This document shows positions 62,373-64,000 of a DNA stretch of 64,000 nt, piece by piece. Numbering within the stretch: position 1 is the stretch's first letter; the number at the start of each line of letters is the position of its first letter. Under the pieces are notes generated by a model, which was given only the letters and a program-made list of their open reading frames with translations, did not search any database and had not been told where the DNA came from. This DNA is from Curvularia clavata (Eukaryota). Where the stretch lies: contig CP089277.1 in assembly GCA_023920165.1 (NCBI GenBank), positions 4,030,001 to 4,094,000 of the forward strand, written 5' to 3'. A program made the translations under genes and the position numbers.

Positions 62373-63166
62373 TCCGAGTCTATGTCTGTAGCGGGCTTGC
62401 GCAAATGGTGTACCTGACAGGCCTACAATGAGCTCCAGTGCCGCATTCGAACAGGAAGCAGGTCTTCCTACCATAAGAATGATGGCATCAGCCAACTTCT
62501 TAACCACCAGCGCCTCTCAGACTTACAACCACACGCGTTCCTGAAGGATCATATACTTTCTTACACATGGGTATCGGCGATGGATCGTTAAGTGTACACT
62601 ATCTTCAGCAGCAATTCAATTGCAATATTTTAGAAGTTACCGGCTGATCCCCTTTGCTTGTCCTTCGCCTGCCAGTAATTGTCACTTTCTTTGAGTGCTG
62701 ACCAAGTACAAATTGGCTGCTGTAGTGTTGTCGACATGAATTAGATGCTATGCCTGGGCTCGCACAAAATGAAGCGCTGAATCGTAACACCGATATTAGT
62801 AACCATACTGCATGGAATTGTATCAGTTACTAAGAGATGTGGTGGAGGCTGTGTACCCTGCAATTTCATGAACATCAGATTGAGATCGCAGCATGACATC
62901 ATACCCTATCAACAGCACTACCCCGATTAGATTTCCGACTGGATCCGCAACATCGGCCGACAGACAATAGCGCGTCTCCAAGCCTTTCAGAATCAGACAA
63001 GCATGGCGCAGGACCCTGCTTGTTTCCTTTTCACGGCCACTGTGCTGCTCATCACGCCCTGAATCCTAGTTCCTGAACCTCAGGCCCCCTGTTTGAACTT
63101 TCCACTGTGCCTATCTATTTCAATGGTGGGCTAGATCTCCACCGAGACTATCTCTCCACATCCACG

Positions 63167-64000
63167 ATGCCTTTTCTCGAGCGCCAGACGACGCGAATCA
63201 CAGGTATCGAGAATGGCGACCGCCGGCAAAGCTTCCTGACCACCTCGTCGAAAGGCAAAGTACCCAACGCGAAGAAGCCTCGGCCCCGACCGCCCGCATC
63301 GCTACGCGACCACCTGCCCTTCCCAAACTCCGCACTATGCCCCTCATCAGGGCCATACTCCATCGGGAGCATGGAAATTGAAGTTCCCGTCGAGACTCCC
63401 CGATCCATATCCAAGATCAAGAGAAACGGCAGACATCTTTTGCAATTGGAGACTGTGTTATTTACACTCTACTACCCAGCCTCGGTGGAGAATGGAGCTG
63501 GGACTGCTCCAGGAGGAGAGAAGAAATGGAGTCGAGAGACATGGCTCCCAAGGCCGAGAGTGGAGACGGCGAAAGGGTACGCAAAGTTTGCAGGGTTGCC
63601 GGACGCTGTAGGCATTGGACTATTTGGTGCCACCACTATGCTCACAAAGCTGCGTGCGTACCGGAATAGTCCTCTCGCGAAACATTGGCCCCCTGAAGGG
63701 AATTCAAAGAAAAATGGATACAAGATTAAAAACCAACAAGGAAAACCACCGGAGGGCATGAGTGGAGAGCCGACCTTTCCTCTACTAATGTTCAGCCACG
63801 GTCTGGGTGGCTCAAGAACTGCCTACAGCAGTTTGTGCTCTGAGTTCGCGAGCTACGGCTTCGTTGTATGTGCTGTGGAACATAGAGATGGCAGTGGACC
63901 TCGTACCTTCATAAACCATAAGAGACGGGGGCAAGAACGGAAAGGCTCGCACAGCGAGAGCGGGCAAGAGCAAACAGCATCTGATGAAGATCAGCAAAGC
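63167..64000 (+). CDS. platelet-activating factor acetylhydrolase family alpha/beta hydrolase, 3' truncated by the window end
   Basis: Open frame from ATG 63167 to the window end: GPYSIGSMEIEVPV, TVLFTLYYPA, TWLPRPR, FPLLMFSHGLGGSRTAYSSLCSEFASYGFVVCAVEHRDGSG. Confidence 0.9.
   Translation, partial: MPFLERQTTRITGIENGDRRQSFLTTSSKGKVPNAKKPRPRPPASLRDHLPFPNSALCPSSGPYSIGSMEIEVPVETPRSISKIKRNGRHLLQLETVLFTLYYPASVENGAGTAPGGEKKWSRETWLPRPRVETAKGYAKFAGLPDAVGIGLFGATTMLTKLRAYRNSPLAKHWPPEGNSKKNGYKIKNQQGKPPEGMSGEPTFPLLMFSHGLGGSRTAYSSLCSEFASYGFVVCAVEHRDGSGPRTFINHKRRGQERKGSHSESGQEQTASDEDQQS

Overview
Eukaryotic, intron-rich genomic DNA from a filamentous ascomycete, most likely a Pleosporales (Dothideomycete) fungus. 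This is inferred from GT-AG introns with CTRAC branch sites and a LaeA that closely resembles Cochliobolus Lae1 as I recall it. About 24 protein-coding loci are present: an SREBP-type bHLH factor (5' possibly truncated), ACR3 arsenite exporter, laeA, a MARVEL protein, an AtuA/DUF1446 protein, an HNM1-like permease, a GFA-like protein, an FMO, a 771-aa PY-motif protein, two MFS transporters, a GH5 exo-glucanase, a type III PKS, an F-box-like protein, GH79, a membrane J-protein, an STL1-like sugar porter, THG1, a TMA23-like G-patch protein, a metallophosphoesterase pseudogene, a PAF-acetylhydrolase (3' truncated) and two small orphan ORFs. I found no rRNA, tRNA, CRISPR array or intact transposon. 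Best leads: (1) THG1 carries an in-frame, roughly 480-aa Pro/Ser-rich insertion splitting the catalytic core from its conserved C-terminal tail; (2) an in-frame uORF is separated from laeA by a single TAG-C stop; (3) a cryptic, heavily degraded histone-H3-like relic sits in apparently empty DNA; (4) an isolated type III PKS plus MFS pair; (5) a tandem triplet of CreA sites in front of the sugar porter. All gene models were spliced by eye and no database searches were run.
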